64,000 bases of DNA from the human T2T-CHM13v2.0 reference genome, Homo sapiens. The position numbers and the translations under genes are program-made. Location: assembly GCF_009914755.1 (NCBI RefSeq), contig NC_060926.1. One strand, 5' to 3'. The notes below the pieces were generated by a model. The model had not been told where the DNA came from, ran no database searches, and worked only from the letters and a program-made list of their open reading frames with translations. This document shows positions 27,001 through 43,044 of the stretch, piece after piece; positions within the stretch are counted from its first letter, which is position 1, and every line of letters starts with the position of its first letter.

Positions 27001-27895
27001 CCATGGTACAAATTAATTTTCATCACTGAACAAGGAACTCCACATGCAGGCATGTTTTACTGACAATGCATTCAGCCACAGGAAGGCTATAGCATTCCCT
27101 CACTTCATATTAATAGGAGTACCAAAAGTTGGAACTGTCTCATTGGATTTTTGAATAATTTGCATTTAGTTTAGACATACATTTGCAAAAGTATTGAAAT
27201 AAAAATACCTTTTACATGTGAAACATTTTAGAATTTCAAAGCTTTTTCACATGCATGATCTCACTTAATCCTTAAAATAAACCCTCAAGGTTGGCAGATA
27301 TTATTTTGCCCAGTTTGGAAAAAAAGGGGATTTAAGATTTTGATGGAGTAAGACAAAATAATCAAACCCATTTTGGAAGTCTCAAGTATGTTTCAGATGT
27401 GGAGGCATCTTTGTGAAACCGATAAAGGGTAAATATTATGGGACAGGTAAGGAAACAGTGCTGAAAGGACTGGATCAGTCATTCGGGGCCACTGTCTAAG
27501 TAAAAATTGAACCCAGAGTCCTATGACTCAGTTTAGTCCTGACACAGTTCCTTATGCAGAGAAATCATGTGTGAATACATAATAGAAAGGAAGCCTTGGT
27601 TTTAGGAGAGCAACCTGAAGAAATTATTTTTTTTCTTTTCTTTCTCATAACTGGTTTGTTACTTGTCCTAGGTACACAAAGATACCAAACTATAAATAGA
27701 GTTGTTCAAGAGAGTAGTTTGGTAGTGAAATTGGAAAACTATTTGGGTTTATTTGGGAATAAGAGAGTAGGGCAGCAGGGATCCTATAGAGACTGAACGT
27801 TAAAAAAATAATGTGTCATTTTTGTGATATATTAATTAAATTCTTTTAGGTTTAAGTAAGCATAATGAGACTATCTGAATGCGTTACAGTAATTT

Positions 27896-27898
<3 letters not shown>

Positions 27899-27927
<29 letters not shown>

Positions 27928-27930
27928 TTT

Positions 27931-27962
<32 letters not shown>

Positions 27963-28249
27963 TTTTTTTTTTTTTTGAGACAGAGACTCACTCTGTCGCC
28001 CAGGCTAGGGTGCAGTGGCATGATCTCAGCTCACTGCAACCTCTGCCTCCTAGTTCAAGCAATTCTCCTGCCTCAGCCTCCTGAGTAGCTGACATTACAG
28101 GCATGTGCCACCATGCCTGGCTAATTTTTGTATTTTTAGTAGAGATGGGGTTTCACTGTGTTAGCCAGCTCAAACTCCTGACCCTGTGATCCGCCCACCT
28201 TGGCCTCACAAAGTGCTGGGATTACAGGTGTGGGCCACAGTGCCCGGCC
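27899..28249 (-). mobile_element. Alu (S-like) with expanded (TTTC)n tail
   Basis: 16-bp TSD gttacagtaattttct (27883-27898 and 28250-28265). Confidence 0.96.
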
Positions 28250-29950
28250 GTTACAGTAATTTTCTGGAATTTTTTCTGATAAATGTTAGTCCCCCCCAAA
28301 ACATATTTTTTTGTAGTTCTGTTGTTGAATGTAACACTACCCCCAGTAAAAGGCTTTTACTTCACTTTACTCAGAATTTTGTAAAACAAATTTAGCAAAT
28401 GCTCTTTTGAAGGGAGAAAAATTTCACAGAAGTGAAATAGTAGGTAAAAACATTATTTAACATAATTGTGCTTTAATTCACTCTTGAGAGGGCAGAGATG
28501 CAAAATAAATTCTGTATATACTGTAAAGCAACAACTGAATGGAAAGATACTTATAATCTTCTTTTCTATCCCTGGAAGTTGGTTAAACAGTTTTTCAAAA
28601 TATGCTTCTATGCATAAATATTTTGAAGTTTAAGTAAATGTGTTGGCTAATGCATTGGTATTATCAGCCAATTAATAAATTCAAGTATGTGATGGGACTA
28701 ACTTTCCCAAGCTAGTGGTTACTTGACAATTGCACATGTGTATCATATATTTATCCATCCAGCAAGAGCTTGTTCATTCCTTTCTATGTGCTGGCTTCCT
28801 TGCTGGGAATAGCATAAAACAGTAATCAAGACAGACTGGGTCCTTGCAGGCTAGTAGGGAAGACAGACTGTGTATGATGAATGCTGTTGGGAGTATAGAA
28901 GGCAGGCTCATCAGTCAAATGATAGCTACAAAATAAAGTGAAGGTGAGAGTAGATCTTCCTAATGCACAGGAGGTCAGGTCCTTGAAATCCATCAACCAC
29001 CACTGAAATTAGTTTAAATCACCTGTGATGTGTTATAACCCTTCTAGGCTGGGGTAAAGGCATATTGGGACCTCAGAGTAGGCTGGAAGAGAGAGAGGAT
29101 AAAGCCTGGTATCAGAGCTACAAGGAGAAAGGCCAATGTTTCAATGATAATAGCTAAAGGGCTTTGGTGAACAAAGCTCTCAAGAAGCTGACCTCAGTAC
29201 CCAAGGGCTCATATTGGTGGGCAGGAGGCTTGCCAGTATTAGGCAATGTCTTGTATTTGCTGCAGGGCCTCCCTCAGTTGGAATACGACCCCAGTCAGCT
29301 GTGGAGGGGGGTCTCATGAACAGGCTGTGACTCTTGATAGAAGATTGGCAAGGACTAGACAGATTATCCGGGGAGCAGCCTCAAACTGGGTGGGGTTCAG
29401 GCCAGGGCATAATTCCATGAGAGAATCAGAGTGCAAAATGGGCCCCACAGCAGATACAATGAGTATGTCGGAAGGGATTGGGGGTTTGGGGCTGCTCCTT
29501 AGGGGCTTTAGGGTCCCTGACATCTTCTTAGATGTCAGGCTCAGTGCAGCAGTCTCTTTCTCACTCCTCATCCCCCTCTTCCTGCCACCACTGCCCCTCT
29601 TTCTATCATGTTCGTATCCTGGTTCTGTTATGCCCAAATATTGAATAAGGCTTCTGTTGGCAACAAGCGCTATTAATAGCTTTTGAATGTGAATTTGACT
29701 TTTGTTGGGAGAATATTATTTTCAGTAACTGTCAGCTCATTAAAATATATTATAGGTGGGGTCTGAGTTTCTGCTGTGAAAGGTTATGACGCTTAAAATT
29801 AAAATAAACAAATAACTTCAGTATTTTGATTTACTTATTGACTCTAGTATTTGTACATTTTTGTAACCAAAATGCAAAAGTGATAACAGAACTATAAAGA
29901 AGTCATTAACTAGTGACTATATTAATTTTTTTCTTAATCATCTTTACTAC

Positions 29951-30578
<628 letters not shown>

Positions 30579-30789
30579 CATCTTTACTATTTTCTTAAAA
30601 GAACTAAATAGCATACATGCCTATGTTCTTACTGTGTAATGGATTGGGGGTGTTTCGAAATGGACCTAATAGACATAAGATCATTGTTTACCTTTTTGCC
30701 CAACTTTATTTTAAAAAGTCATATAAAAATGGAAATTTATTCACTCTCATATCTGTGTTCTCAGGTGTATTTTAATAAAGATGGAGCCA

Positions 30790-30970
30790 GGCAGTTTTAA
30801 CTTGGCCACTTATCACTTGAGCAAGTAAATGTGGCTAAGTCACTTAGCTTCTGTGGGCCTCAGTTTCTAATCTATAAGTAAAAGATAATAGTGCCAACCT
30901 AATAGGTTTGTGATTTAGAGCAAATGAGACAGTGGGGATCCAAGTGCTTGTTAGTTGTAAAGTGCTAATG
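30790..30970 (+). mobile_element. MIR
   Basis: Core aagtcacttagcttctgtgggcctcagtttctaatctataa. Confidence 0.7.
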
Positions 30971-33900
30971 CAGGTGTTGGGTATTTATATTCAGATGCAG
31001 GTTATGCCCACATCATATAAATTAAATGTGAATGCGTTCAAAAGCTCAACCAGCTCCTGAGGCAAGAAATGTAAAATGGCAACAACTAAAAGGGTCAGTG
31101 AAACTCTTGGCGTCTAACCAGTCCTCTCCAAAATATTTTCTGATGGTATATTTCAAAATATGAGAAAAGATAAAGGAATGAAAAGAACTGACCTTTTTCT
31201 CTAACCCTTAAAACATTTTCTCTCTGAAGAAACTCTGCCATAGAAACTTCAGGCCTGACTCAGTACTAAAGGTGACCATTGAAAGGACAGTTTAGAATGT
31301 TGTATTTATGCAAGTGAGGTGCCATGAACATGTACTTGTCCGAGGTGGACATGATCAGAACAAGCTTGTTCACAAAGCCCTTCCCTCATCCTTGGCCATG
31401 AGTCACAAAAATCTAACATCTGGACATAAAATACTTCCCTGAACAAAAGTTGAAACTTTTGCATATATGTGTTTGTGTATCGAATATATAAAGGAAGAAA
31501 AAAATGGAGACAACAGACTCTTTCGTTGACTCAAATTTACGGCCAAATTTTAATAACACAGCTGTCCATATGTGAGACACTAATGAGAACATAAGGAATT
31601 CCTGGATAGAAAAGGGATGGTTGGCCCAATGGCCTGTCCCCTTCAAGTTTATTGCAACACACCTCTTTGTGTTGTCAGCATATCTTCCAACCCCTTTTGC
31701 CTACATAAACATGTCTAGCTGTCTCTTAAACTCATTTTTACTTTATGTTTCACTCAATGGACTTATTTGGTAATTCACAGTATTTCCCATATGCCTGTAG
31801 TTCTCTGGATGAAGTAGTCCTACATTATCACTACTTCTTAATTAATTATGTAGAAATACTTTATAATAAAGTATTTACAGCAGACATAATTAGAAATTTG
31901 GAAGTAATTAACTGAGAAAACAAATATACCTACAGTGAATATAGAAACAACTGTTCTTTTGCTAATCTATATTCCAATTTTTCATAAAGATATGAAGAAG
32001 TAGGTGGATAGTGATTAAGGTGGGTAAATATAAAAACTTTCCTTTTATGATATTAGTCTTATTAGCACATCTCTTAGCAAGGAGAAAATGCTAAGCCTAA
32101 TTGATGTAATAAAGAAGATGATCTGATGTTTTTATTTAGGTTGGGTTAAAGCCATATTCCAGAAAATATTTTTATTTCCTTAATCATATCAATGTTGCAG
32201 GTTAATGTAAATTTGATGTGAATTATTAAAAAAGAATATAGGAATGATTTTACATGAAAATTTATTTTTAAAAAAACTTTCCAAATGGTGGTGGGCCAGT
32301 GGGCTTGGGGTGAGTTCTTAGGTTGACTCTGGGTCCTTCTGATTAAAAAATACACCTGAAAACTTCCTTTAATTTGATTGGCATCAAGGAATTGGAAATA
32401 ATTAAAGAATGCTAGGGAGAACTGATAAATAATTAATGTATAATTTAGCTGAATATTTTGCATTTTAATTTTTTGAATGGTATTATTTTAAAATTATTTC
32501 AATATATATATGGTGATCTGATGTGTGTGATGACATTACACATCAGTTCTCGTCTTTTATTGACAAACACCAAGAGTGACCAACTTGCCCTCTACTCATC
32601 CTGAACTTTACCGGTTTTAGCCCCGGGAATCCCATGTCTTGTGAATCTGCTCAGCTCCAGGAAAACAGGTACAAACACATACTTAAAAATACAAATAATT
32701 TGCCTCTGAAATGTGCTTGGCTTTTTGGTCTGCATACTCTTCAGACCCTGGGAACACAAACATTGTAAGTGTTACATCAGCATTAAGAATTTTGCTTTGT
32801 TGTTCTAAAAGCCCATGTTCGGGTGTCACCACCTTGGTGACTACGGAGAAATATAACCCATGCGTTGTTTTTTTTCTTTTAAATTGTTTCCAAGCTCAGA
32901 TGCTTGATGGTTTATGTATGTATGTATGTATTTATTTATTTAAAAAAGCTGAAAAAGCTTTGAAAATCAAACCTATTTTCTTCTAAACGTTTTTCTCTCA
33001 AGTACTTGCTCTCCAGACACACAGTAAGATACATCCTGAATCTGGCACCTTGAGTGCTCCCCCAAATCTCTGAAGCCTAAGCCATATCTATTGTCCAGTC
33101 TATGGTAGAAAAAAAGTGAACTACACTGAGTTATTGTAGTCTTGTTTGTCTCACAATTAGAAGAATTCTGCAGGTATTTTGTTAGTTTTAAATTTGCGGA
33201 CTGTGACTTCTGAACTCTTTCGAGGAGGAGGTCTCAATAAAGAGCATGCTTCAGTCTACTCCTTAATGATTTTTAGCTTCAATGAAGCAATTTGCAAGAC
33301 TCCTCTTCCTAACAACTGCTCTGCCAAGCATTGTATAAAATAGCATTCTTTATGGTTAGATGATTCCATGGAAGATGACCAAAAGGTTTTAAATACAGAG
33401 GAATGTACAGAAAAACACTGTACCCTTTAACTGTCACATCTCCCCTATTCCATCCCTTCATCTCCTTCATACAGGATTTCTGCATTTTTTTCATATGCAT
33501 GCTACATCTCTGTGGTAACACCTTGTTCTCTGTGTGTGTGTATGCAGGAATGTGTGTGTGTGCATGAATGTGTGTAAACATGTACTATTTTTAGCTGTAG
33601 AACATGACACAAATTTCTTTCCTCATCACCATGATGCATGACTGATCCATTTCATATGATGTGTTTAGTATGGTTCATTGCCCACTGGTCTTATTATTTA
33701 ACAATTTGCATTACATTAAATTTTCTGTTTACAGGTGTAAATGGAAATTTTGGCTTCTGAGAATTTATTTACTGGATAGAATGTTCTTGGTTGAATTAGC
33801 TCTGCCAATATTGGATTGCTTATACCTGGAATAAAGTCTGGGATATTTAATTAGAATATCATAGCAAGAGAAACTTATTATTTTTATGGCTAAGCTTAAG

Positions 33901-34134
33901 CTACTGAGGCCAGTATCATTAGTCTAGGAGACATTTACTATAATTCTCCAGAGATTTTTTAAAAAAAAACCACGCGTATGTCTTGACGGATGAGAGGTAG
34001 TTAAATTAGTGGTAATGTGTACAAATTACTCAAAAGTTCAAAAAGCTTGAAACCTTTATCATCTGCTATAACATTTTGTTGATAAGTGGAAATTTCTCAT
34101 TTTAAACTCTTTTGGCTTCCAACAGGCTCAAAGA

Positions 34135-34350
34135 GCTAATATTTATTGACTGCATACTGTTTGCCAGGTTCTACATTATTTGCTTTACCTGTATTGCTTC
34201 ATTACATCCTTACAGTGTCTTGTGAGGTGGGTATAATGTTTATTCCCATTTTACAGAGAATATCCATTTATATAATGTCATGAACATATATCCAATGACA
34301 TAATTTGCCTGCAAATGTACCCAGTGAGTGGCAGAGTCATCCTGAAGCCT
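34135..34350 (-). mobile_element. MIR
   Basis: atttattgactgcatactgtttgccagg...cccattttacagag. Confidence 0.65.
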
Positions 34351-34699
34351 GCTTTCCAGGCCCCGCGTATATTCTAGGTAAGTGATTCCAAACTCCATAG
34401 TGGCTTGTATCTAGCCTTGTTCTCCTGACATGTTCCCTGTGTTCCAACTTCCTCTCAACTTCTCCATGTCATAGAGGATGTGAAAGCCAAGCACTGCCTC
34501 CTAGGCTTTGTGCATAGTTTCCCATTCTTTCCTTTTCTGTCTGTGACACTCCCAGTTTTGTTTTGTTTTCAGCTCTAGCATTGGAGTGGCACTTATGGCC
34601 ACTATCCATACTGGATCTAGCAGGAGTTTGGCTAAGCTCCTAAGACATTAACTTTATTTATTTATTTATTTTTAATTTCTAGCTTCTCATTTTGAAAAA

Positions 34700-35455
34700 A
34701 ATTTTAAAAAAACAGCTTTAATGAGATACAATTTACATACATATAATTCACCTATTCGAAGCCTATAAAGCAATGGTTTTTAATATGTTCACAGATACAT
34801 GGACAATCATTGACATAATTTTAGAATACTTTCATCACCACAAAGAGAAACACTATACCCTTCAGCTGTCACAACTCCCCTCTTGCATCCCTTCATCTCC
34901 TTCAGCTCCAATCAACCACTAATCTACTTTCTGCCTTTGTAAATTTGCCTATTCTGGACATTTTACATAAATGGAATAACATAATACATGATCTTTTATG
35001 ACTAGCTTCTTTCACTTAACTCAGTGTTCTCAAAGTTCATTCATGTTTTATCATGCCTCAGTACTGCCTTCCTTTTTATGGCTCAAAACTATTCTATTGT
35101 ATAGATAGACTACCTTTTGTCTATCCACTCATCTGCTGATGGACAGGTGGGTTGTTTCCACCTTTTGGCAATTGTGAATGGTGCTGCTATGAACATTTGT
35201 GTGCAAGTTTTTGTTTGAATACCTGCTGTCACTTCTTTTGGGTATATACACAAGAGTGGAATTGCTGGGTCTTAATTCTGCTTCACTTTTTGAGAAACTG
35301 CCAACTTGTTTTCCACAGTAGCTGCAATGTTTTTAATTTCCATCAGTAATGTAGAATCAGGGTGGTTCCAATTTCTCCACATTCTTGCCAACACTTGTTA
35401 TTTGCTGTTTTGTTTTGTTTTATGTTTTGGTTATAACCTTCCTAGAGGGTTAAGT
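34700..35455 (-). mobile_element. Old L1 3' region (L1MB-like)
   Basis: aacagctttaatgagatacaatttacatac...caaccactaatctactttctg...gagaaactgccaacttgttttcca. Confidence 0.88.
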
Positions 35456-35471
35456 GGCCTAATTAATTTTT

Positions 35472-35765
<294 letters not shown>

Positions 35766-36049
35766 GGCCTAATTAATTTTTAAGATCTTTAAAGACTCTA
35801 AAAGAAGGCTTTATTTTTTCCTCTTCTGTGCTCCCAAGCACTGGTTTAAATCTGTCTTGAAGTATTTGTCACCAAATCCTTTAATCTCTCTTTCTCTCTA
35901 TCTTTCTCCTCTCATCCCTTTCTGGAAACCAGGATGGACATTCTTATTCCTTTTGTGTTCCCAGGACACAGTGCCCAGGGCTCAGTACATTAAATGAATG
36001 AAGAGGCATGAGTAGGGAGCTGTGGGGACAAGGAATGTTGGGAATGAAC

Positions 36050-36530
36050 GTTTATTATCCCTCCCATTGTGCCAGGCACTGTGTAGCACTAATATATATT
36101 ATCTCATTTAATTTTCATAATAGCAGTTAAGAATCAGGTGTTATGGTATTCATTTTGCAGAAGAAGAAATTGAAACCAGAGAAATTCTCTTGGCACCAAA
36201 CCACTGAGAGTAGAGTCTGGCTTCAAACCAAACTCTCTGAACTCAAAACCTATGTTAATTTCACGACAACATGTGTCAATCAAAGAAAAGATAAGGACCA
36301 TCACTATTCTTACTACCACTACTAGACTATCCCAACTTATTGGATGTTTTCTGTGTGCTGTACGCCATGACAGCTAGTTTTTGGATGCTATCTAATTTGA
36401 TCATTTAAAAATTTAGTGAGTCAGACATTATTATTCCAATTATTCAGACAATGAAATAATCCCTGAGAAAAGTAATTTGCCCAAGAACAACAACTAATAA
36501 GCAATGAGTTCAAAACCAGGTCTGTTTAAT
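36050..36530 (-). mobile_element. Two adjacent MIR fragments
   Basis: Two successive reverse MIR-like segments (about 36050-36250 and 36340-36530). Confidence 0.55.
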
Positions 36531-36737
36531 TATAAAATTTCTGTACTCCTATCAATGTGGGAAAATACATTAGAGATCTCAAAGTTTACCTGGTTATCCG
36601 ACAGTGTGGGGAAGTTTGCCAGGTAACCAGACAACCAGACTGCCCAGCAATTTTTTCCCAAGTACTTTTGCTTTCTCAGCTGCTTCCAGTCATAATTTTG
36701 GTAGCATAGATAACTTGGCTAATTCTATATGTTATGA

Positions 36738-37098
<361 letters not shown>

Positions 37099-40000
37099 TA
37101 ATAATTTTACCTATAATATATGTAAAGCATCCTACATCTGACTGGACAACTTTTTAAATACAGTAATTATCTGGTTACCCCTGCTTTTAACAGTTTGGCC
37201 ATTCATTTGTTAATTTAATATTTATGTCATGAAGCTATCTTTTCTCTTACTACATAAAATCTACCTTAGCACTAAATGAAATGCTGGTAAGAATCCACAA
37301 TAAAGATAAACAAAAAAATCATAACTAGAATAGAAGATTTTTAAATATATTTCAATTTTATGTTCTGATTTAGATACTCTGATTTTAGAGTATTTTTCCA
37401 GCATTTATGGTAGTTTGTTAAATATTGGGAAACCTCAGCATGGCTATGTTTTGGAGGCAGGTATAATGGGAAGGCAGAGGCATCAGATGCCTTTAAACAC
37501 CAAGTACTTAATCAATATATTTCCTTATTCCTAATATCTGCTTTAGATATTTCATTCTTCTTCTTGTCATGTTTTTCATTGCTCTTCATGCCTTTTTTAG
37601 AGGCTTTTTTGTTTTTGGTTTTTTTTTTTAAATAGAAGCCGATGTTACCATTTGGCATATGTCTCCCTTGGCAGTGACATCTTGAAAATTAAAAAAAATA
37701 ATACCTCCCTCGCATGCATCCATTCAGGCTGCCTGTAACTGCACTGTACTTCGAAATGTGTCACCTTAGGAAATTCTGCAAATTGTTCATAACATTGTCT
37801 CTATAAATGTTTTGGAAGGGCTTTACTGTCAGGTCAGCTTTCTAAGGGCTAGAAATATGTCAAACTGGCAGCTTTACCTTTATTTAAGAGCCAAAATACA
37901 AATAAGTAGATTACAAAGCAATCAATCAATATAGCATTGCAGGATGTCATGGTTGGCATTGACCTCAGAGTTCGGCCCTGTCATTTTACAGATGAGTAAA
38001 CTTGTCCGTAAACTCTGCAGGAGACAGGGTTTTGTCCTGACTCAGTTACAGCCAATCAGGTAACCTTGGACATGCTGCTGTGCCTCAGTTTCCTCATCTG
38101 AAACAGATGAGATTTCCCTCTGTTAGATCATCTCTGAGGCATTTTCCCAGATGTCAATTTGTAAGGTGTCATGACAAATTTGATATATTGTATTTGATAT
38201 ATTTCCAGTCCTTAAAAAACTTCTGACCTCACATAAAAGATCGCTCTAATCTTTTATGTGGTCTCCTTATATATTCTTTAAAAGTTGGAAGCACTATCAA
38301 TTTATAGTTATTGGCAGAATCATAACTTTTATTCACTGTTGAAAGAATAAACAAATGAAGATCTTTTTCCCAGTCAGAGCATTTCTTCACTTTTTTTTCC
38401 CTCCCTGGTTTGTTGTTGTAGGGTTGCTTGGGGATATTAGGTTACTGACCTTTGTTTTCCTTTCTACAAGAAGCTTTCACTAAAGTATTTTTAAGGGGGG
38501 TCTTATAGGAAACAATGACTCTCACATGCAAGTAATTAAATGGAAAGAAAAAATGGCACACATTTGACTTGATTAATTTTCTTTCTTTCTGTAAACCTGT
38601 GGATCCTAACCTGAAAGTTGTGTGCAAGAGTCCACAGTCTCACTGAGATATTTTATCTTTTGCATTACACTAAAGTCTCCAGGTGAATTTAGTACTCCTG
38701 TAAGGCCTGGGCAGGCTAGTTTGGCAAACAATGTAATATGACATGATGCACGCTTTTTTACTCAACTGTAAATATCTATTTCATTCAGATATCACCTGCT
38801 ATTCTTAAGGCAAGTCTTTGGAATAGAGACCCTAAATGTGTCAAAAGTATGTAATGTGTTTGTGATAGAAATAAATAGAGACCAGGGTGACTTAACACAC
38901 GGGGTTTCACATGTGCGGGCCAGCACTTGCAGAATTCTAAAGTAGGTTATGTTAGCCTTCCCACTTTCAATGCCTTTATGGATGTGGTGTTTATATATCC
39001 TAGATTTTCCAGGGCAACTCTGGGTTGTAAATATTCTGTCCTGTTGTTCCCATAAGCACAATCATACTTGTCAAGCTACGTGTCACGAGTTTTGGTTTGG
39101 AAAATATGGACTCCGTATGTACATCAGAGCCTGTTTTTTCTGGCCCGATGCCCTGTGCTATTCCTCTACTCTGCCCTACCCCTAGCCCACTTCCCATTCT
39201 CATCAAAGCCTTGTTTCTGTTACAGTTCACTTGCTCATGTTGTCTATGCCTAGTGTCTAGGGGGCAAAGTGAACAGTAAACTAATCTGTGCTAACGGGCA
39301 AGTGGAGAAAATCGGGGTCAGGAGAATCCGCACATCCAGAGTGCTCTGTCTCCTCTCAGGTAGCATAAGTTGTTCTCTGGAAATAAGGCCGTAGTTTCAT
39401 TTATCTCTAAGACAAAGAGTCTTTCTATGGTTGGTTGACTGAGGCAGATTTCTTGGAGGAGGCAAGGGTCCTCTGCATTTCATCACAAAGATGGCAATTT
39501 CTCCGTCAATACCTTGGACCAGCTTTGCAGATGTGTCCTCGACGTGATTAGTCCCCTGTAGTGGTAGGAAAGGAATAAAAGCCCAGTGTGCCAGCTTTAC
39601 TCCTCGACCGACAACAATTTCTTCTGGTATGTGTACACTGCTCAAATGCTCTTTTTACAAAGTTGGAAAGCAAGATTGCTTCATGACAATATTTGCTGAG
39701 ACAGCAAGACAATCTATGCCTCTCCATTGTTAAATCCCTGAGCCCTACCCAATCTGACTTTAAAAAAAATTATTCTTTCATCAGGAGGCTGTGTTTAACA
39801 TTTGTAAAAAGACGTTTAGGATTATTTGAAATATTTTGTAGATTTCAAGTTCATTGTCTGTCATTTTCCTTTTAGCCTAACCTTGTTATTTCTGTTTATT
39901 GTATGTGATTTTATTACATAAACATATACAGATTTCCACTAATTGTTTAAACATCTTGCTTTAAAAATCTCTGCTTAAGCACTTTTATTTGTATCACTTT

Positions 40001-40568
40001 TTTTCTTGTCTTGATTTGGTTCTTAACTGTGATAAATTTCAATGGAATCTCCTCTAACTCTTTAAGAAATAACTCCTCATTTTTCTGTGTTAAGCAGTTT
40101 ACCTTTTAGAAATTTAATCAGCATTCCTTTTGGCACTTTGTATTATCTTAAAAAGCAACATTAGTACCTTGGCTTTTCAGTCCTGAGAGCATTTGCTGAA
40201 CCAGATGGTTTCAATATCGTCTATTATTTTTAATCATACATGGTTAAGTCTCAAGAACCAGTCTCTTGAGACTGTTGACTATTTAGGAAGCTAGAAGAGC
40301 AAGCACACATCTTTAGAAACAGGATGTACATTTAGTATCATTATTATCCTAACCAATATCTGAGTAATTGAGCCACCTTATTATCAGATTCAGGCTTTTC
40401 TAACAGTCTATTATCAGTTTCTTTTTCTGAACTTTTATGTCTACATTTGGGGAATTTAATGCTATTATAGACTCACTGGTCACTTTTGTAAACTATAATC
40501 TCCCATAGCAATAATTGTTTTTAATTCCAGGCATAGTACATACCAAGCATATTAACTTCTAAAATCTT

Positions 40569-40756
40569 TTTTTTTTTTTTTTTTTTTGAGCCAGGGTCTC
40601 ACTCTGTCACCTAGCCTGACTAATTTTAAAAAATTTTGTAGAGATAGGGATCTCACTAAGTTGCCCAGCCTGGTCTGAACTCCTGGGCTCAAGCAATCCC
40701 CCTGCCTCAGCATCTCAAATTGCTGAGACTACAGGTGTGAGCCACTGCACTTGGCC
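40569..40756 (-). mobile_element. Alu (J-like) with most of the right arm deleted
   Basis: 15-bp TSD aacttctaaaatctt; only about 188 bp long. Confidence 0.9.
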
Positions 40757-42321
40757 AACTTCTAAAATCTTAATGACAAAACAAAAAGATTAGTATTATT
40801 ATCTCCATTTTACAGATGGGAAAATAGGTTTCAAAAAGGTAAACTATATTTTTTTCCATTTCATGACCAATAAGAATGAGGCTTACATTCAAGTCTAGTC
40901 TCTGTCTATTTTGATCATTTCTAAGTCTGTCTGACTTAGAAACCCCCACTTCTAACCACTGTGCCATAGCACTTCCTGCTAACCCTGAATAAAGGTGTCT
41001 GTTATGTAAATCAACATATTCATTGACAATGGACTTCCTTTTTGTGTACTGCAATATGCATATATAAAAGCATTCAATATTAGCCTTGTCTGGTTTCTTT
41101 TTTATTTGAAAAATACCAACCCCCCCACATAATAATAGTTATAAAATTATATAAAATAAGAAGCCAAAAACTTTCCTGACCCTCCAAGGTCATACTTTAA
41201 AAGTTCTCCTAGGCATATCTAGATGTGACTCCATATACATTTTCTTTTTAATTTTTAAAGTCTTATCTTGAGGTTTATTACCAAAATTACTACACCTTAT
41301 CACTTTCTGCTTGCATAGCGAACATAGAAAAATTTATTTTTCTGGAAAATACTGTGACGTATCTTCATGGTTTTTTACTTTTTTCCCTTTTTTAAAAAAT
41401 AAGGATTTTGAGAACCAGAGTCTGCAAGCTGTGAAATGGTCAGGCAAATAGTTTGAAAATACTGACTCTCCACTTTTCACCTGATATTTGCCTATTGTTA
41501 GACTGCAGGAAGGGGGATTTAGTGAAATAAAATATTTAATATTTCATACTTTTTTTTTCCTATGTGGATGGTTGGAGATTCTTACAGATAATTTCTTCTT
41601 TTAGATCAGAAACTCCTGTTAAAAACAGACATTTAGCATAGGCTTTTCTAGGCTTCCGTCTTCTATTAAAAAGTAGGGGCATATTCATAATGAAAAAGTT
41701 GGGGAGATGAGAATGAAAGGGCTATAGGAAAGGGCATCATCATTAAAGAAGTTATAGGAACACTTTTTCAGCTCCTTTGAATCGACCAGAGTTGATCTTA
41801 GACAAAATTCCATGGAAGGCAGAGTTTACCTTCATTCTTGTCTTCACTGGGGCCACTGCCTTCTCTCCTTCGGGCTCCAACCGAAGCCTATAAATCTATT
41901 ACATTTCTGTTTACATGGCAGGACCTTTGTTTTGATCTCTGCTGGACTGTAAGCTATGAGGGACCTTGTTTTTGTAACTATCCCAGTGCCTGATTAGTGC
42001 TTAAAAGACAGGTATGAGACGAAGACAAACACATTCATGAGTGATTGGATGACAATAATTACTGCTGTTTGGGGTCCTCAGAGTAAATAGTATGCAAATT
42101 TTCAATAGGGCATTAACATCAGTGTGAGAGGCAGAATGTACCACTGGATGGAGCACAGGTTTAGGGGTAATTTCTCTCCCAAACCCTCCACTTACTAGGA
42201 GTATGATCTTTCTTTGCCGAATTCTGAGGACTTTTTTTTTTTTTTGGTCTCAGTTGTTCCATCTGTGTTATGGGCATATTATCACTCATGGCCTTGTGCT
42301 ACTGTCAAGGTTCAATGATAA

Positions 42322-42444
42322 GGCCGGGGCGCGGTGGCTTACACCTGTTATCCCAGCACTTTGGGAGGCCGAGTTGGGTGGATCACTTGAGGCCAGGAGT
42401 TCGAGATCAGCCTGTCCAAAATGGTGAAACCCCGTCTCTACTAA

Positions 42445-42476
<32 letters not shown>

Positions 42477-42615
42477 AAAAATTAGCCTGATGTGGTAGTG
42501 CACACCTGTAGTCCCAGAACCTGAGAGGCGGAGGTTGCAATGAGCCAAGATTGCACAACTGCACTCCATCCTGGGCGACAGAGTGAGACTCCGTCTCAAA
42601 AACAAACAAACAAAA
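42322..42615 (+). mobile_element. Alu (S-like) with (AAT)n expansion in the linker and a right-arm deletion, inserted in a MIR
   Basis: TSD aag(g/a)ttcaatgataa; MIR-like sequence on both sides. Confidence 0.94.
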
Positions 42616-42714
42616 AGATTCAATGATAAAATGTTGCAATGTGCTTAGCTCTGATCTTTAGACTACATAGACTATAGATAGCGATAGTAATACGATTACT
42701 ACTACTATTAATGA

Positions 42715-43040
42715 GAATTCAGTAAATGCATAATTATTTGTGGAGCCTTGTTTGTGCCAGACCCCACTCCGGACATTAGTAATTCAGTAGAAGACAAAAA
42801 CAGACAAAAATCCCTCCTCCCAAAAAGCTTACATTTGAATAAGACATGAAAAATGAATAAGCTAAATATAGAATATATTAGGAATGATAAGTGTGATGGA
42901 GATGCCTAAAGTGTAGAAAGAGGATAGTGAGGTGGAAGGGTCTGGAACTTTAGATCGGATGGCCAGGAAAATCCTCACTGAGAAGTGTGTAGAGGCTTGA
43001 ACAAAGTGGGGGAGCAAGCTTTAGGAGGGAAGAGCAGTCC
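42715..43040 (-). mobile_element. L2 3' fragment
   Basis: ...tgtgccagac...acaaaaacagacaaaaatccct...ggccaggaaaatcctcactgagaag. Confidence 0.65.
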
Positions 43041-43044
43041 ACAG

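Noticed and set aside
29246-29644. Opposing 132-aa and 107-aa ORFs
   Set aside because: No recognisable domain or splice context; possibly old repeat-derived sequence.
36586-36626. Inverted repeat TTACCTGG...CCAGGTAA
   Set aside because: An 8-bp stem with a 25-nt gap is near chance expectation; possibly a DNA-transposon remnant.
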